Shown here: piece by piece, positions 31,010 to 41,338 of the stretch | How the letters are laid out: the number at the start of each line of letters is the position of its first letter | Position numbering within the stretch: position 1 is the first letter of the stretch | NCBI GenBank assembly: GCA_046294955.1 | Contig: JBKBOF010000002.1 | Location: 4,963-68,962, forward strand | Reading direction: 5' to 3' | Source of the DNA: Paracoccaceae bacterium | GTDB taxonomy: Bacteria > Pseudomonadota > Alphaproteobacteria > Rhodobacterales > Rhodobacteraceae | Length of the DNA: 64,000 nt | The notes under the pieces: model-generated | Seen by the model: the letters and a program-made list of their open reading frames with translations, nothing else | What the model was told of the DNA's origin: nothing | Database searches by the model: none | Position numbers and translations under genes: made by a program

Positions 31010-32244
31010 GACCCGCAGCCATGCGGTGCAAAGCTTTCAACGAACGTGACCAGTTGGGGCAGGCAGACCGTCCGCAAATCATAGCGCGCAAGCGCCGTCT
31101 TGCGCGCCGCTGCCCGCAACGGGGTGAATTGCTCTGGCCCGGCAAGGGCGTTGGTCAAGGTTGTCACCCAACCTTCGACATCGAAAAAATCCACCAGCAG
31201 ACCGTTTTCCCCATCGCGCACCACTTCTTGCACCGGCGCAGTTCTGGAACCCACCACCAGACATCCCGCCGCCATTGCCTCCAGCATCGACCATGACAAC
31301 ACAAAGGGATAGGTCAGATAGGCATGGACCCGGCTGATCTGCAGGATCGACACAAAAACCGGATAAGGCACCTTGCCCATGAAATGCACCCTGTCCATCG
31401 GCAAGGCATCCTGTACCTGGGACAGGATCAGGTCTTTCCAGCCCTTTGCCTCTTTTGGGGCCGTGCCGTAGCTGACCTCATCCCCGCCCACGATAACCAC
31501 ATGCGCATTGGGGCGCGCGCGCAAGATCGCAGGCAACGCCCGCATGAAGATGTGATACCCCCGATAAGGTTCCAGATTGCGGTTCACAAAGGTCAAAACC
31601 TCGTCCCCCGCGGTAAGCACGCGACCATCCGGCAAGGTCAAGCTGGCCTGCCGATTGGGGCGAACCACGTCACAATCGACACCATCATGGATCACGCGGA
31701 TCATCTGGCGAAGACTGTCGGGATAGGTGCTGGCCTGCCAGCTGGTCGGCGACAGCCCGGCATCGGCATGCACCAAAGCCTGTCCCAGATGCGCAGCCCG
31801 GCCCTGCGCGATCAACACCTGATCGAGCCCATAGGGGGTGAATTCGGTATCAAAGCCGACATCGGCCCCGACGCCGCGATAGTAGAATTCGGCATAGACA
31901 ATCAGCTTTGCCGTCGGCCAGATTTCTTTCAGGAACAATGTCTCGCCCCACCCGGAATGACCAAAGATCACGTCGGGAGTGTAGCCTTCGGTATCGCGCA
32001 GCCGCACGCAGGCACGCGCAACCGTGACACCCCGATCAGACATGATCGTGTAATTCCGGCCCAGCCGGGTCTGGGCGGGGTCGACCTTGATCGGATCATG
32101 CTTGTATCGGATGGTCCTGATCGAAGACTGCCGGGTGTTTCTGGCATCGGTCAGGGCAAGCACGTCATGGCCGCGTGAAACAAGTTCAGGGGCCAGATGC
32201 AGAAACTGGCCGGGAAAATTCTGGTGCAGAAACAGGATTTTCAT
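31006..32244 (-). CDS. Glycosyltransferase family 4 (ExpC/WgcA-like)
   Basis: [43 protein letters not shown]. Confidence 0.9.
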   Translation of the reverse strand: MKILFLHQNFPGQFLHLAPELVSRGHDVLALTDARNTRQSSIRTIRYKHDPIKVDPAQTRLGRNYTIMSDRGVTVARACVRLRDTEGYTPDVIFGHSGWGETLFLKEIWPTAKLIVYAEFYYRGVGADVGFDTEFTPYGLDQVLIAQGRAAHLGQALVHADAGLSPTSWQASTYPDSLRQMIRVIHDGVDCDVVRPNRQASLTLPDGRVLTAGDEVLTFVNRNLEPYRGYHIFMRALPAILRARPNAHVVIVGGDEVSYGTAPKEAKGWKDLILSQVQDALPMDRVHFMGKVPYPVFVSILQISRVHAYLTYPFVLSWSMLEAMAAGCLVVGSRTAPVQEVVRDGENGLLVDFFDVEGWVTTLTNALAGPEQFTPLRAAARKTALARYDLRTVCLPQLVTFVESFAPHGCGS

Positions 32245-33854
32245 GTGCCAACCTTCGGCGCGGCCTCCTTTGGTGCACCAAAGGCTGCCAGCATAAGCGC
32301 GCGTGTATAGTCAGACGACGGCGCATCGAAGACCGCTTGTGCGTCGCCTGCCTCGACCACATCACCAGCCTTCATCACCATGACCTTGTGCGACAACGCC
32401 CGCACCACCCGCAGATCGTGACTGATGAAGATATAGGCCAAGCCCCACTTGCGCTGCAAATCGCGCAAAAGATCGACGATCTGCACCTGAACCGTCATGT
32501 CAAGCGCACTCGTCGGCTCGTCCAGCACCACAAGTTTCGGCCGCAGGATCATCGCGCGTGCAATCGCAATGCGCTGACGCTGCCCGCCCGAGAATTCATG
32601 CGGATAGCGTCCCATCGTCGCCGGGTCCAAGCCGACCTCGACCATGATGGCCGCCACCTTTTCGCGCGCGCTGGCGGAGGATTCGCGGCCGTGCAAAGCC
32701 AGACCTTCGGCGATGATTTCGCCCACGGTCATCCGGGGTGACAGGCTTCCAAACGGGTCTTGAAACACGATCTGCATATCTTGCCGCACCGGGCGCAGGG
32801 CGGCCCCTGTCAAGGCCGAGATATCGCGCCCCAGCACCACTACCGGACCCGTTGACGGCACAAGCCGCAAGATCGCCAGCGCCAGTGTGGTCTTGCCCGA
32901 GCCGCTCTCGCCGACAATGCCAAGTGTTTCGCCGGTGCGCACCGACAGGCTGGCATCGTTCACCGCCTTCACATGCCCCACGACCCGCCGCAAGAACCCT
33001 GCCGTGATCGGAAACCATACGCGCAGGCTCGAGGTGTGCACCACCTCGGTCGCGCCGGCAGGCACAGGGTCGGGCAGGCCCCTTGGTTCGGCGGCCAGCA
33101 GCTTTTGCGTGTAAGGGTGCGCGGGATTGGCAAAAATGTCGGCCGTCAGGCCCTGTTCAACGATTTCGCCGCCCTGCATCACGCAGACCCGGTCGGCGAT
33201 ACGGCGCACGATACCAAGGTCATGGGTGATGAACAGAAGGCTTAACCCTTCGGATCGTTTCAGATCGGCCAGCAGGTCAAGAATCTGCGCCTGAATGGTT
33301 ACGTCCAGCGCGGTTGTCGGTTCATCAGCGATCAAAAGATCCGGCCCGTTGGCCAGAGCCATGGCGATCATGACCCGCTGCCGTTGCCCCCCCGACAACT
33401 CGTGCGGATAGGCACCCAGACGGCTTTGCGCATCCCGGATTCCGACCTTGTTCATCAGGTCAAGGATCCGGTCCTTTGCCGCCTGCCCGACAAGGCCCTG
33501 ATGCAATGCAAGACTTTCGCCCAATTGCCGCTCGATGGTGTGCAGGGGGTTCAGGCTGGTCATCGGTTCCTGAAAGATGAAACTGATGTCATTGCCGCGC
33601 ACCCGGCGCAGATCGGTTTCCGTTGCGCCCACCATCTGCCGGCCTTGATAGGTGACCGATCCTTCGACTGTCGCATTGTCGCCCAACAGCCCGACGGTCG
33701 AAAGCGCCGTCACCGATTTACCCGACCCGGATTCCCCGACCAAGGCCACCGTTTCACCCTTGTCCACCGAAAACGACACGCCCTTCACTGCCTCGATCAG
33801 CCGTCCGTCCTGACGGAAGCTGATCTTCAGGCCCGATACCTCAAGCACGCTCAT
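32241..33854 (-). CDS. yejF: Peptide ABC transporter dual-domain ATPase
   Basis: Two GESGSGK motifs, [12 protein letters not shown] and [12 protein letters not shown]; yej operon context. Confidence 0.88.
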   Translation of the reverse strand: MSVLEVSGLKISFRQDGRLIEAVKGVSFSVDKGETVALVGESGSGKSVTALSTVGLLGDNATVEGSVTYQGRQMVGATETDLRRVRGNDISFIFQEPMTSLNPLHTIERQLGESLALHQGLVGQAAKDRILDLMNKVGIRDAQSRLGAYPHELSGGQRQRVMIAMALANGPDLLIADEPTTALDVTIQAQILDLLADLKRSEGLSLLFITHDLGIVRRIADRVCVMQGGEIVEQGLTADIFANPAHPYTQKLLAAEPRGLPDPVPAGATEVVHTSSLRVWFPITAGFLRRVVGHVKAVNDASLSVRTGETLGIVGESGSGKTTLALAILRLVPSTGPVVVLGRDISALTGAALRPVRQDMQIVFQDPFGSLSPRMTVGEIIAEGLALHGRESSASAREKVAAIMVEVGLDPATMGRYPHEFSGGQRQRIAIARAMILRPKLVVLDEPTSALDMTVQVQIVDLLRDLQRKWGLAYIFISHDLRVVRALSHKVMVMKAGDVVEAGDAQAVFDAPSSDYTRALMLAAFGAPKEAAPKVGT

Positions 33855-34960
33855 TGAAAGGTCTTTCGCGGATCAAAGGCATCGCGCACGCCTTCGAAAA
33901 TGAACACAAGCAACGACAGCATGATGGCAAAGGTGAAGAACGCCGTGAAGGCCAGCCAAGGCGCTTGAAGATTCTGCTTCGCCTGTTGCGTCATCTCGCC
34001 CAGACTGGGGGACGACGACGGCAGGCCGAAGCCCAGAAAATCAAGCGCTGTCAGGGCCCCGATCGTGCCTGTGATGATGAAGGGCAGCATGGTCAGCGTG
34101 GCCACCATGGCATTGGGCAGCACATGGCGGAACATGATGACCCGGTCAGGTACGCCCAAGGCCCGCGCCGCGCGGACATATTCGAAATTTCGAGCCCGCA
34201 GGAATTCGGCCCGGACCACGCCGACCAATCCGGTCCAGCCGAACAGAACCATCAGCCCCACAAGAACCCAGAAGTTCATCGTGAAGATCGCAGCCACAAT
34301 GATGATGACGTACAGCGTCGGCGTGGCCCCCCAGATTTCGATGATGCGCTGGAAGATCAGGTCCGTCAGCCCGCCGAAATAGCCCTGCACAGCGCCCGCT
34401 GCGATGCCGATCACCGATGTCAGAACCGTGACGATCAGCGCAAAGCTGACCGAAAGCCGAAAGCCATATATCACGCGCGCCAGCACATCGCGGGCGGTGT
34501 CATCGGTCCCCAGCCAATGCTGCGCATCGGGTGCCGAAGGGGCCGCCTTGCCGATATCGTTTATGGTCGTAAAGCTGTAGGGGATCGGCGGCCAAACAAT
34601 CCGGCCACGCTCCACCGGGGCACCCGCCGCTGTGCCGTTGTCCCGTGCCTCAGCCAGAATGGCGTCAGGGTCATCCCAACACGCCTCAGACCCGGCGGCC
34701 ATGATCAGGCACTGAACCTCCACATCCTTGTATTTTGCCTCGGTCTGGAAATCGCCGCCAAAGGCTGTTTCCGGATAGAACCGCAGGAAGGGTGCGTGCC
34801 ATTCGCCCCGGAATTGCACCAAAAGCGGTTTGTCGTTCGCCACAAGTTCCGCGCACAGCGAAATGCCGTACAGGATCGAAAACAGGATCAGCGACCAATA
34901 GGCCCGACGGTTGGCCTTGAAGTTGCGCAGACGGCGTTGGTTCAAAGGGGAAAGCGCCAT
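33851..34960 (-). CDS. yejE: Peptide ABC transporter permease
   Basis: LSPLNQRR..FKANRR, WLGTDDTARDV, EGVRDAFDPRK. Confidence 0.9.
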   Translation of the reverse strand: MALSPLNQRRLRNFKANRRAYWSLILFSILYGISLCAELVANDKPLLVQFRGEWHAPFLRFYPETAFGGDFQTEAKYKDVEVQCLIMAAGSEACWDDPDAILAEARDNGTAAGAPVERGRIVWPPIPYSFTTINDIGKAAPSAPDAQHWLGTDDTARDVLARVIYGFRLSVSFALIVTVLTSVIGIAAGAVQGYFGGLTDLIFQRIIEIWGATPTLYVIIIVAAIFTMNFWVLVGLMVLFGWTGLVGVVRAEFLRARNFEYVRAARALGVPDRVIMFRHVLPNAMVATLTMLPFIITGTIGALTALDFLGFGLPSSSPSLGEMTQQAKQNLQAPWLAFTAFFTFAIMLSLLVFIFEGVRDAFDPRKTFQ

Positions 34961-34961
34961 C

Positions 34962-36110
34962 CTATCCCCTCCGCTCGAAATCAATGCGTGGGTCCACCCA
35001 GACATACATCAGGTCCGACAGGATGCCCACGACAAGACCGATCAGGCCGAAGAAGAACAGTGTGCCGAAGATCACCGGATAGTCACGTTCTACTGCCGCC
35101 CGAAAGCCCAACTGACCCAAGCCATCCAGCGAGAAGATCGTCTCGATGATCAGACTGGATCCAAAGAACACCGACAGGAACAACCCCGGAAAACCCGCGA
35201 TCACGATCAGCATGGCATTGCGGAACACATGGCCATACAGCACACCGGATTCGGACAGGCCCTTGGCACGCGCGGTCATCACATACTGCTTCTTGATCTC
35301 GTCCAGAAAGCTGTTCTTTGTTAGCAAGGTCAGTGTGGCAAAGCTTGAGATCGTCGAAGCGATCACCGGCAGCGTGATGTGCCACAGATAGTCCAGCGCC
35401 TTGCCGATCAACGACAACTGATCCCAGTTGTCCGACGTCAGGCCACGCAGTGGGAACCAGCGGAAATAACTTCCCCCCGCGAACAGGACCAAAAGCAGGA
35501 TGGCAAACAAAAAGCCCGGAATGGCGTAGGCTGCGATGATCACGCCACTGGTCCATGTGTCGAATTTTGACCCGTCCCGTACCGCCTTGCGGATCCCCAG
35601 CGGGATCGAAATCGCATAGGCAATCAACGTGGACCAAAGGCCAAGCGTCAGGGAAACCGGCAGCTTTTCCCACACCAGATCCAGCACGCCGATCGACCGG
35701 AAATGGCTTTGGCCGAAATCGAACTGCACATAATTCCACATCATGATGAAGAACCGCTCCCATGCCGGGATGGCCTCTTTCACACACTCGGGCGCGCGGG
35801 TGGACGGTTTGCCAGTAAATCCGGGGTCGCAGACAAATCGGGCGAAACCGAATTGCACTTCTAGTTCTGCAAGAAAGCCGGGGTCCAAACCCTGGGCCCC
35901 GACATAACTTGACTCGCTGCCCTGCGCCGGGATCCCGGCATCGCCCGCGCCGCTGATAGCCTGAATCGAATCGCCGCCGCCCTCGATGCGGGCCAACACC
36001 TGTTCTATCGGCCCACCGGGTACGAATTGCGTCAAGCCGAAGTTGATGATCATGATCCCGATCAGAGTCGGGATGATCAATAGCATCCGCCGAAGAATAT
36101 AGGCGCCCAT
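34962..36110 (-). CDS. yejB: Peptide ABC transporter permease
   Basis: [30 protein letters not shown]. Confidence 0.92.
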   Translation of the reverse strand: MGAYILRRMLLIIPTLIGIMIINFGLTQFVPGGPIEQVLARIEGGGDSIQAISGAGDAGIPAQGSESSYVGAQGLDPGFLAELEVQFGFARFVCDPGFTGKPSTRAPECVKEAIPAWERFFIMMWNYVQFDFGQSHFRSIGVLDLVWEKLPVSLTLGLWSTLIAYAISIPLGIRKAVRDGSKFDTWTSGVIIAAYAIPGFLFAILLLVLFAGGSYFRWFPLRGLTSDNWDQLSLIGKALDYLWHITLPVIASTISSFATLTLLTKNSFLDEIKKQYVMTARAKGLSESGVLYGHVFRNAMLIVIAGFPGLFLSVFFGSSLIIETIFSLDGLGQLGFRAAVERDYPVIFGTLFFFGLIGLVVGILSDLMYVWVDPRIDFERRG

Positions 36111-36135
36111 TTGGCCTGCCTGCCCGTTTTTCTTG

Positions 36136-37998
36136 TTATCGCAAGACGCCAGCCGCTTTCAGCGTCGCTGCTTTTTCTGGGTTGTACCACCAGAAGTCCA
36201 ATTCGCCCATAGCGTAGGGCGGCAAGGTTTCGGGATGCTCGTACATATTGTAATATGCAATCGTGTGGGTGCTCTTGTACCACTGCGGCACCCAGAACCG
36301 TTCGGCGCGCAGCACGCGGTCCAGGGCTTTTGTGGCCACCGTCAGATCATCCAGCGACTTTGACGCCATCACAACCTCGATCAACTTGTCCACTGCCGGG
36401 CTTTTCAATCCCATCAGGTTGAAGGACGAAACGTCTGCCGTTTCAGACCCATAGAACTGTTTCAACTCGGACCCAGAGATATAGCCGGACCGTGCATTTC
36501 CGACGACCATGTCAAAGTCATAGGAGGGAGGACGGGACCGCGCCTCCATCTGCGCGTTATCGACGCGGGTCATTCGTGCATCGATCCCCAACGTCTTAAG
36601 ATTTTCGACATAGGGGTTCATCACCCGGTCAAAGGTCGGGCTGTCGTTCAGAATCTCGACCCGCAGCACCTGACCTGCCGCATTGCGGCGCATGCCGTCT
36701 GTGCCGACCGCCCATCCGGCTTCGTCCAGCAAGGCGCTTGCTTTGCGCAGGTTGGCGCGGTCCAACTGCCGCTCCCCCGACGCGGGCGCCATCACAGCCT
36801 CGTCGGTCACGATGGACGCTGGCAGTAATCCCTGATCGACAAGCGGTTTCAGCAACGCAACCTCTTCGGACGATGGCATGCCGGTGGCTTCCAGCCACGA
36901 ATTCTCCCAAACCGAATTGATCCGCTCGTAGAGCCCGTAGAAAAGCGTGGCATTCGACCATTCGAAATTGAACATCAGCCCGACAGCTTCGCGCACTTTG
37001 GGGTCTTTGAATGTGTCGCGGCGCAAGTTCATGATGAAGGCCTGTCCGCTGGCCTTGTTGCCGTCCGGAAGTTCGGTCTTGACGATCTGGCCCGTGGCGA
37101 TTTCCGGGAAATCATAGCTGGTCGCCCATTTGATCGAGCTCGCTTCGTTGCGGAACGTATAGTTGCCGGCCTTGAAGCCTTCGAAAGCCGCATCGTAGTC
37201 TGAATAATACTCGATGCGGATGGTGTCGAAATTGCTGCGACCTTTGTTGATTGGCAGATGCTTGCCCCAATAATCCGGGTTGCGGACCCAAGCGACGGAT
37301 TTGCCGACATCCACCCGCCCCGGTTTGTACGGCCCGGTGCCCAGAAAAGGCGTCATGCTCGATTCTTCAAGGTCCAGCTTGTTCGCCTCGTAATGCGCCT
37401 TCGAGATGACCGGCAGTCCACCCATATCCGCGGGCAGGTCACGATGCGGCACCTCGGGTTTGAAGGTGAACTTGATGCGGTGTGGATCCAGCACCTCGAC
37501 GCTTTGCACCTGCGTTGCCAGCACCGTCCGGAAATCGGTCAGACCTTTGGACAGGAAGGTCTGATACGAAAACAGCACATCCTCTGCGGTCATCGGCGTG
37601 CCATCCGAAAACGCCACATCGGGCCGCAGATTGAAAGTCACCCACGACCGGTCTTCGGGGTATTCCAGCGTAGAGCACAACAGGCAATAGACGGCGCCAA
37701 TCTCGTCCGAGGTGCCGGTCAGGATTGATTCGTAGGGTGCCGAAGACAATCCGGCCGACCGGCCCTTGACCGAATACGGGTTCATGCTGTCGAAGCCGCC
37801 GAAGGCCCAGATCGAAATCTCGCCTCCCTTTGGCGCATCCGGGTTCACATAGGGCAAATGCGTGAAATCGGCGGGCAATTGCAGTTCACCAAAAGTGGAA
37901 ATGCCATGCGCGGTAATCACACTGTCCTGCGCCCAGACCGGAATCGCCCATGCCAGCGCCGCGCCAAGCACAGCTACTTTGCCAGATGCCATCGCCAT
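36136..37998 (-). CDS. yejA: Peptide ABC transporter substrate-binding protein
   Basis: [39 protein letters not shown], terminal WW. Confidence 0.9.
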   Translation of the reverse strand: MAMASGKVAVLGAALAWAIPVWAQDSVITAHGISTFGELQLPADFTHLPYVNPDAPKGGEISIWAFGGFDSMNPYSVKGRSAGLSSAPYESILTGTSDEIGAVYCLLCSTLEYPEDRSWVTFNLRPDVAFSDGTPMTAEDVLFSYQTFLSKGLTDFRTVLATQVQSVEVLDPHRIKFTFKPEVPHRDLPADMGGLPVISKAHYEANKLDLEESSMTPFLGTGPYKPGRVDVGKSVAWVRNPDYWGKHLPINKGRSNFDTIRIEYYSDYDAAFEGFKAGNYTFRNEASSIKWATSYDFPEIATGQIVKTELPDGNKASGQAFIMNLRRDTFKDPKVREAVGLMFNFEWSNATLFYGLYERINSVWENSWLEATGMPSSEEVALLKPLVDQGLLPASIVTDEAVMAPASGERQLDRANLRKASALLDEAGWAVGTDGMRRNAAGQVLRVEILNDSPTFDRVMNPYVENLKTLGIDARMTRVDNAQMEARSRPPSYDFDMVVGNARSGYISGSELKQFYGSETADVSSFNLMGLKSPAVDKLIEVVMASKSLDDLTVATKALDRVLRAERFWVPQWYKSTHTIAYYNMYEHPETLPPYAMGELDFWWYNPEKAATLKAAGVLR

Positions 37999-38106
37999 AT
38001 CCGCACTCCCCTTTTATGCCCTTGCCGCTTTTGCGCGGCTTTGCTTCATTTAGAGAAGTAAAGCGCGGATTGCCGATGGCTCAAGTGGCGATTGCGTGAT
38101 CGCGCC

Positions 38107-38143
38107 AAAAAGCAAAAGGGCCGCCCCATCGGAGCGGCCCTTT
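38107..38143 (-). terminator. Rho-independent terminator of the cytochrome c gene
   Basis: AAAGGGCCGC...GCGGCCCTTT stem followed by a T-tract on the minus strand. Confidence 0.8.
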
Positions 38144-38162
38144 GCGCGGCATTTATGCCGGA

Positions 38163-38684
38163 TCAGTTGGTGGTCGCCAGATAAGCGATCAGATTCGCAC
38201 GCTCATCCACCTTTGGCAGCCCTGCAAAAGCCATCTTTGTGCCCGGCGCGTATCCACGCGGATTTTCAAGAAAGGCGTTCAGGTTTTCGACGGTCCATGC
38301 ATCACCGGCCATGCTTTTCAGCATGTCGGAATAAGCGAACCCGGCCGAAGATGCCTTTGCGCGGTCGACCACACCATTCAGGTGCGGCCCGGTCGCGTCA
38401 GCCCCATCAAGCTTGTGACAGGCACGGCACTTGGCAAACACCTTTTCGCCAGCGGCAGCATCGGCCGAGGCGTAAATGGTTTCAAAGTCGGGCGCGGCTT
38501 CCGCAGTTTCAGTTGCAGCCTCGCTGCCTGCACCGGTTTCAATCACATAGGCTTGGGCGTGTTCACCGCCATGACCACCCCCCGTCGTGTAGAGAGCACT
38601 GGCAGCCCAGCCGCCAAGTAGGAATACAAGAAGCGACCCGCAAACCGCCCCCAACACCTTGGTCATCGTCATCGTGTCGAACAT
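38163..38684 (-). CDS. Membrane-anchored cytochrome c (cyt cy / c552, CycY/CycM type)
   Basis: MFDTMT TM anchor, Ala/Glu linker, [18 protein letters not shown]. Confidence 0.93.
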   Translation of the reverse strand: MFDTMTMTKVLGAVCGSLLVFLLGGWAASALYTTGGGHGGEHAQAYVIETGAGSEAATETAEAAPDFETIYASADAAAGEKVFAKCRACHKLDGADATGPHLNGVVDRAKASSAGFAYSDMLKSMAGDAWTVENLNAFLENPRGYAPGTKMAFAGLPKVDERANLIAYLATTN

Positions 38685-38808
38685 GTCGCGCTTTCCCTTG
38701 GCATTCGATTGTCGAGGCTTCTACCCGCTTCCATATAGGGGTTTCAAGGTGTAGGTGCGCGACCAATCGCCCCTTTTTGATCCGTGTTTACCGACAGGAG
38801 CCACTTTA

Positions 38809-39639
38809 ATGACTGGTCGCATCGCATTTCAGGGCGAACCTGGGGCATATTCGCATCAAGCCTGCCAACAAGCTCGTCCCGATATGACCGTCATTCCCTG
38901 TACAACTTTCGAAGATGTGGTCGAATTGACCCGGTCGGGGGAAGTCGATTTGGGGATGCTGGCGGTCGAGAACTCCACATATGGCCGTGTGGCCGATGTT
39001 CACAGCCTTTTACCCAAGGCAGGGCTGCATATCGTGGACGAGGCTTTCGTGCGCGTGCACGTCAACCTTTTGGGTGTGCCGGGTGCGAAACTGGACGACA
39101 TTACCGAAGCGCATGGTCATGTGGTGATATTGCCGCAGTGCGCCGCGTTTTTGCGCAGCCATGGCATAAAGGGCAGGGTCAGTTCCGACAACGCCCGCGC
39201 CGCCCGTGAAGTGGGCGAGGCTGGCGACAAGACCCGCGCCGCGCTGGCCAGCGAATTGGCGGCTGCGATCTATGGGCTGGAGGTGCTTGCCCGCCACATA
39301 GAAGACCACAAGAACAACACCACTCGCTTTCTGGTGATGAGCCGCACAGCGGATCACAGCCGTCGCGCAGATCACATGATCACGACCTTTACCTTCCGCG
39401 TGCGCAACATTCCTGCGGCATTGTACAAGGCGCTTGGCGGCTTTGCGACCAACGGCGTCAACATGACAAAGCTGGAAAGCTATATGGTCGGCGGCAGTTT
39501 CATGGCGACTGAATTCTACGCCGATATCGAAGGTCATCCCGAAGATGACCATGTGGCCCGGGCGCTTGAAGAACTGCGTTATTTCACAACGCAAGTGACG
39601 GTTCTAGGGGTATATCCGTCCGACCGCGCACGGGGCTGA
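38809..39639 (+). CDS. pheA: Prephenate dehydratase
   Basis: IAFQGEPGAYS, ENSTYG, NTTRF, ACT domain NMTKLES. Confidence 0.95.
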   Translation: MTGRIAFQGEPGAYSHQACQQARPDMTVIPCTTFEDVVELTRSGEVDLGMLAVENSTYGRVADVHSLLPKAGLHIVDEAFVRVHVNLLGVPGAKLDDITEAHGHVVILPQCAAFLRSHGIKGRVSSDNARAAREVGEAGDKTRAALASELAAAIYGLEVLARHIEDHKNNTTRFLVMSRTADHSRRADHMITTFTFRVRNIPAALYKALGGFATNGVNMTKLESYMVGGSFMATEFYADIEGHPEDDHVARALEELRYFTTQVTVLGVYPSDRARG

Positions 39640-39645
39640 CGGCGG

Positions 39646-40119
39646 TCAGCGGGGCCGGGTGATCGCGTATCGCGCCTCTATGTCTGCCGACAATTGACCA
39701 AGGCGCTGGTTCAGTTTGGTCTGGATACGTCCCTTGGCCAGTTTCATGGATTGCAAGAACAACCGCGCGCCGATGGTCAGGGGACGGACATCGACATGCA
39801 TGACCAGCCGGGTCCGCCTTGGTGCCAAGGCAACAAGATCCATCGACAGATCACCGACCAGCATCCGCCCCTTTCCGACAAAAGCCAGTTGGGCATCTCG
39901 GTCCATTCCGGTTAGCTTGATCTCCAGATCACGATCCTTGCCGCGAAACCGGAACCGGACGCGCCACGCCATTCCAATGCCCTGTGCACGCAACTTGTCA
40001 ATGCGGCTGACATCCGCCCCCCGACGCATGGCGGCCCGTTCCCAGCCTTCGAAATCGGAAAGGCTGGCAAAAACATAGTCAATCGGGGCTTCGATATCAG
40101 CTCGTGAAGAAAGATGCAT
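39646..40119 (-). CDS. SRPBCC/START family protein
   Basis: DIEAPIDYVF..LSDFEGWER SRPBCC-type N-terminus. Confidence 0.75.
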   Translation of the reverse strand: MHLSSRADIEAPIDYVFASLSDFEGWERAAMRRGADVSRIDKLRAQGIGMAWRVRFRFRGKDRDLEIKLTGMDRDAQLAFVGKGRMLVGDLSMDLVALAPRRTRLVMHVDVRPLTIGARLFLQSMKLAKGRIQTKLNQRLGQLSADIEARYAITRPR

Positions 40120-40200
40120 GCGGTGTACCCTGCCCGTATTTTGTCTTTTTCAGGTTGTGGCCAATCGGGGTGTGTTCCACCGCTGGTCGTGAATCTGGCG

Positions 40201-41154
40201 TTAATCCAATTGGTCCGCAAGCCAGTTCTGGATCAGGAAATGAGCAATCGCTCCCTTGCGGGCGGGTTTGATCCGGGGATGCGCGCCCGCCATGATCGAA
40301 ACCATGTCTTCGCGCGTCACCCACACCGCGCTTTCCAACTCGTTCGGGTCAAGCGTGATGGCATCGGTCAACGCTTCGGCGGCACAGCCCAGCATCAGGC
40401 TGGCGGGAAACGGCCAAGGCTGGCTGGACAGGTAGCGGACAGCCCCAAGGCGCACACCGGCCTCTTCCCAAACCTCGCGCCGGACGGCGGCTTCGACGGT
40501 TTCGCCCGGTTCGATGAACCCCGCCAGACAGGAATACATGCCCTCTGGCCATCCGGGGCTGCGGCCCAGAAGTAACCGGTTTCCCTGGGTCACCAACATG
40601 ATGACCACCGGGTCAGTGCGCGGAAAGTGTTGGGCCCCACAGGTCGGACAGGTGCGCTGCCATCCGGCCATCACAACTTGCGACGCGGCACCACAAACCG
40701 CGCAAAATCCGTGGCTACGATGCCATTGAAGCACCGCTTTGGCGGTGGCGGCCAATTCCGCCTCGCGCGCGGTCAGGCGCAGCATGGCGGCGCGCAATTC
40801 GGCAAATGCAAAACTGTCGGGTAGTCCGGGGTGATGCTGCTCGCTGTTGTCCAGAAACCCCGATTGCACAGCCTCGGCGCCGGCTTCCGGCACCCAGTTT
40901 GAAATATCGGCTGCAAAACAGGGCGTGTCGTTATCAAGCCCTAAAAAAACGGGTGGACCGGCGTGATGCAGCACGACGGAATCGGACGCAACCCAACCAA
41001 GGCCGGCATCGGACAGCATCAACGGCTTGCCCCGCCACAGCGGCAACACCCGTCCGATCGCCAGCATATCAGACAAGCGGGACTCGTCGCTGCGCAAATG
41101 TGCCGCCCGGTCCAGCCCCGACCCCCCGAATGTCACCTGTTCCGCCACCCTCAT
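40201..41154 (-). CDS. nudC: NAD(+) diphosphatase / NAD-cap decapping enzyme
   Basis: FCAVCG..CPTCG zinc ribbon, FPRTDP, Nudix box GFIEPGE..RREVWEE, SQPWPFP. Confidence 0.95.
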   Translation of the reverse strand: MRVAEQVTFGGSGLDRAAHLRSDESRLSDMLAIGRVLPLWRGKPLMLSDAGLGWVASDSVVLHHAGPPVFLGLDNDTPCFAADISNWVPEAGAEAVQSGFLDNSEQHHPGLPDSFAFAELRAAMLRLTAREAELAATAKAVLQWHRSHGFCAVCGAASQVVMAGWQRTCPTCGAQHFPRTDPVVIMLVTQGNRLLLGRSPGWPEGMYSCLAGFIEPGETVEAAVRREVWEEAGVRLGAVRYLSSQPWPFPASLMLGCAAEALTDAITLDPNELESAVWVTREDMVSIMAGAHPRIKPARKGAIAHFLIQNWLADQLD

Positions 41155-41338
41155 ATCCACCCCCGCAACCAATCGTGCATCTGTTGGCACGACCGGTGCG
41201 AATGCGCAAACAATGTCAGACCGTTTGATGACAAATTACAACTAGGGGCGTTAAATCAATCCTGCGCATAACTTTAAGGTGAGTAATCTGAGATTTTTCA
41301 TTACAACACCCCTCAATGATAGGTAATTCTTCATCCAC

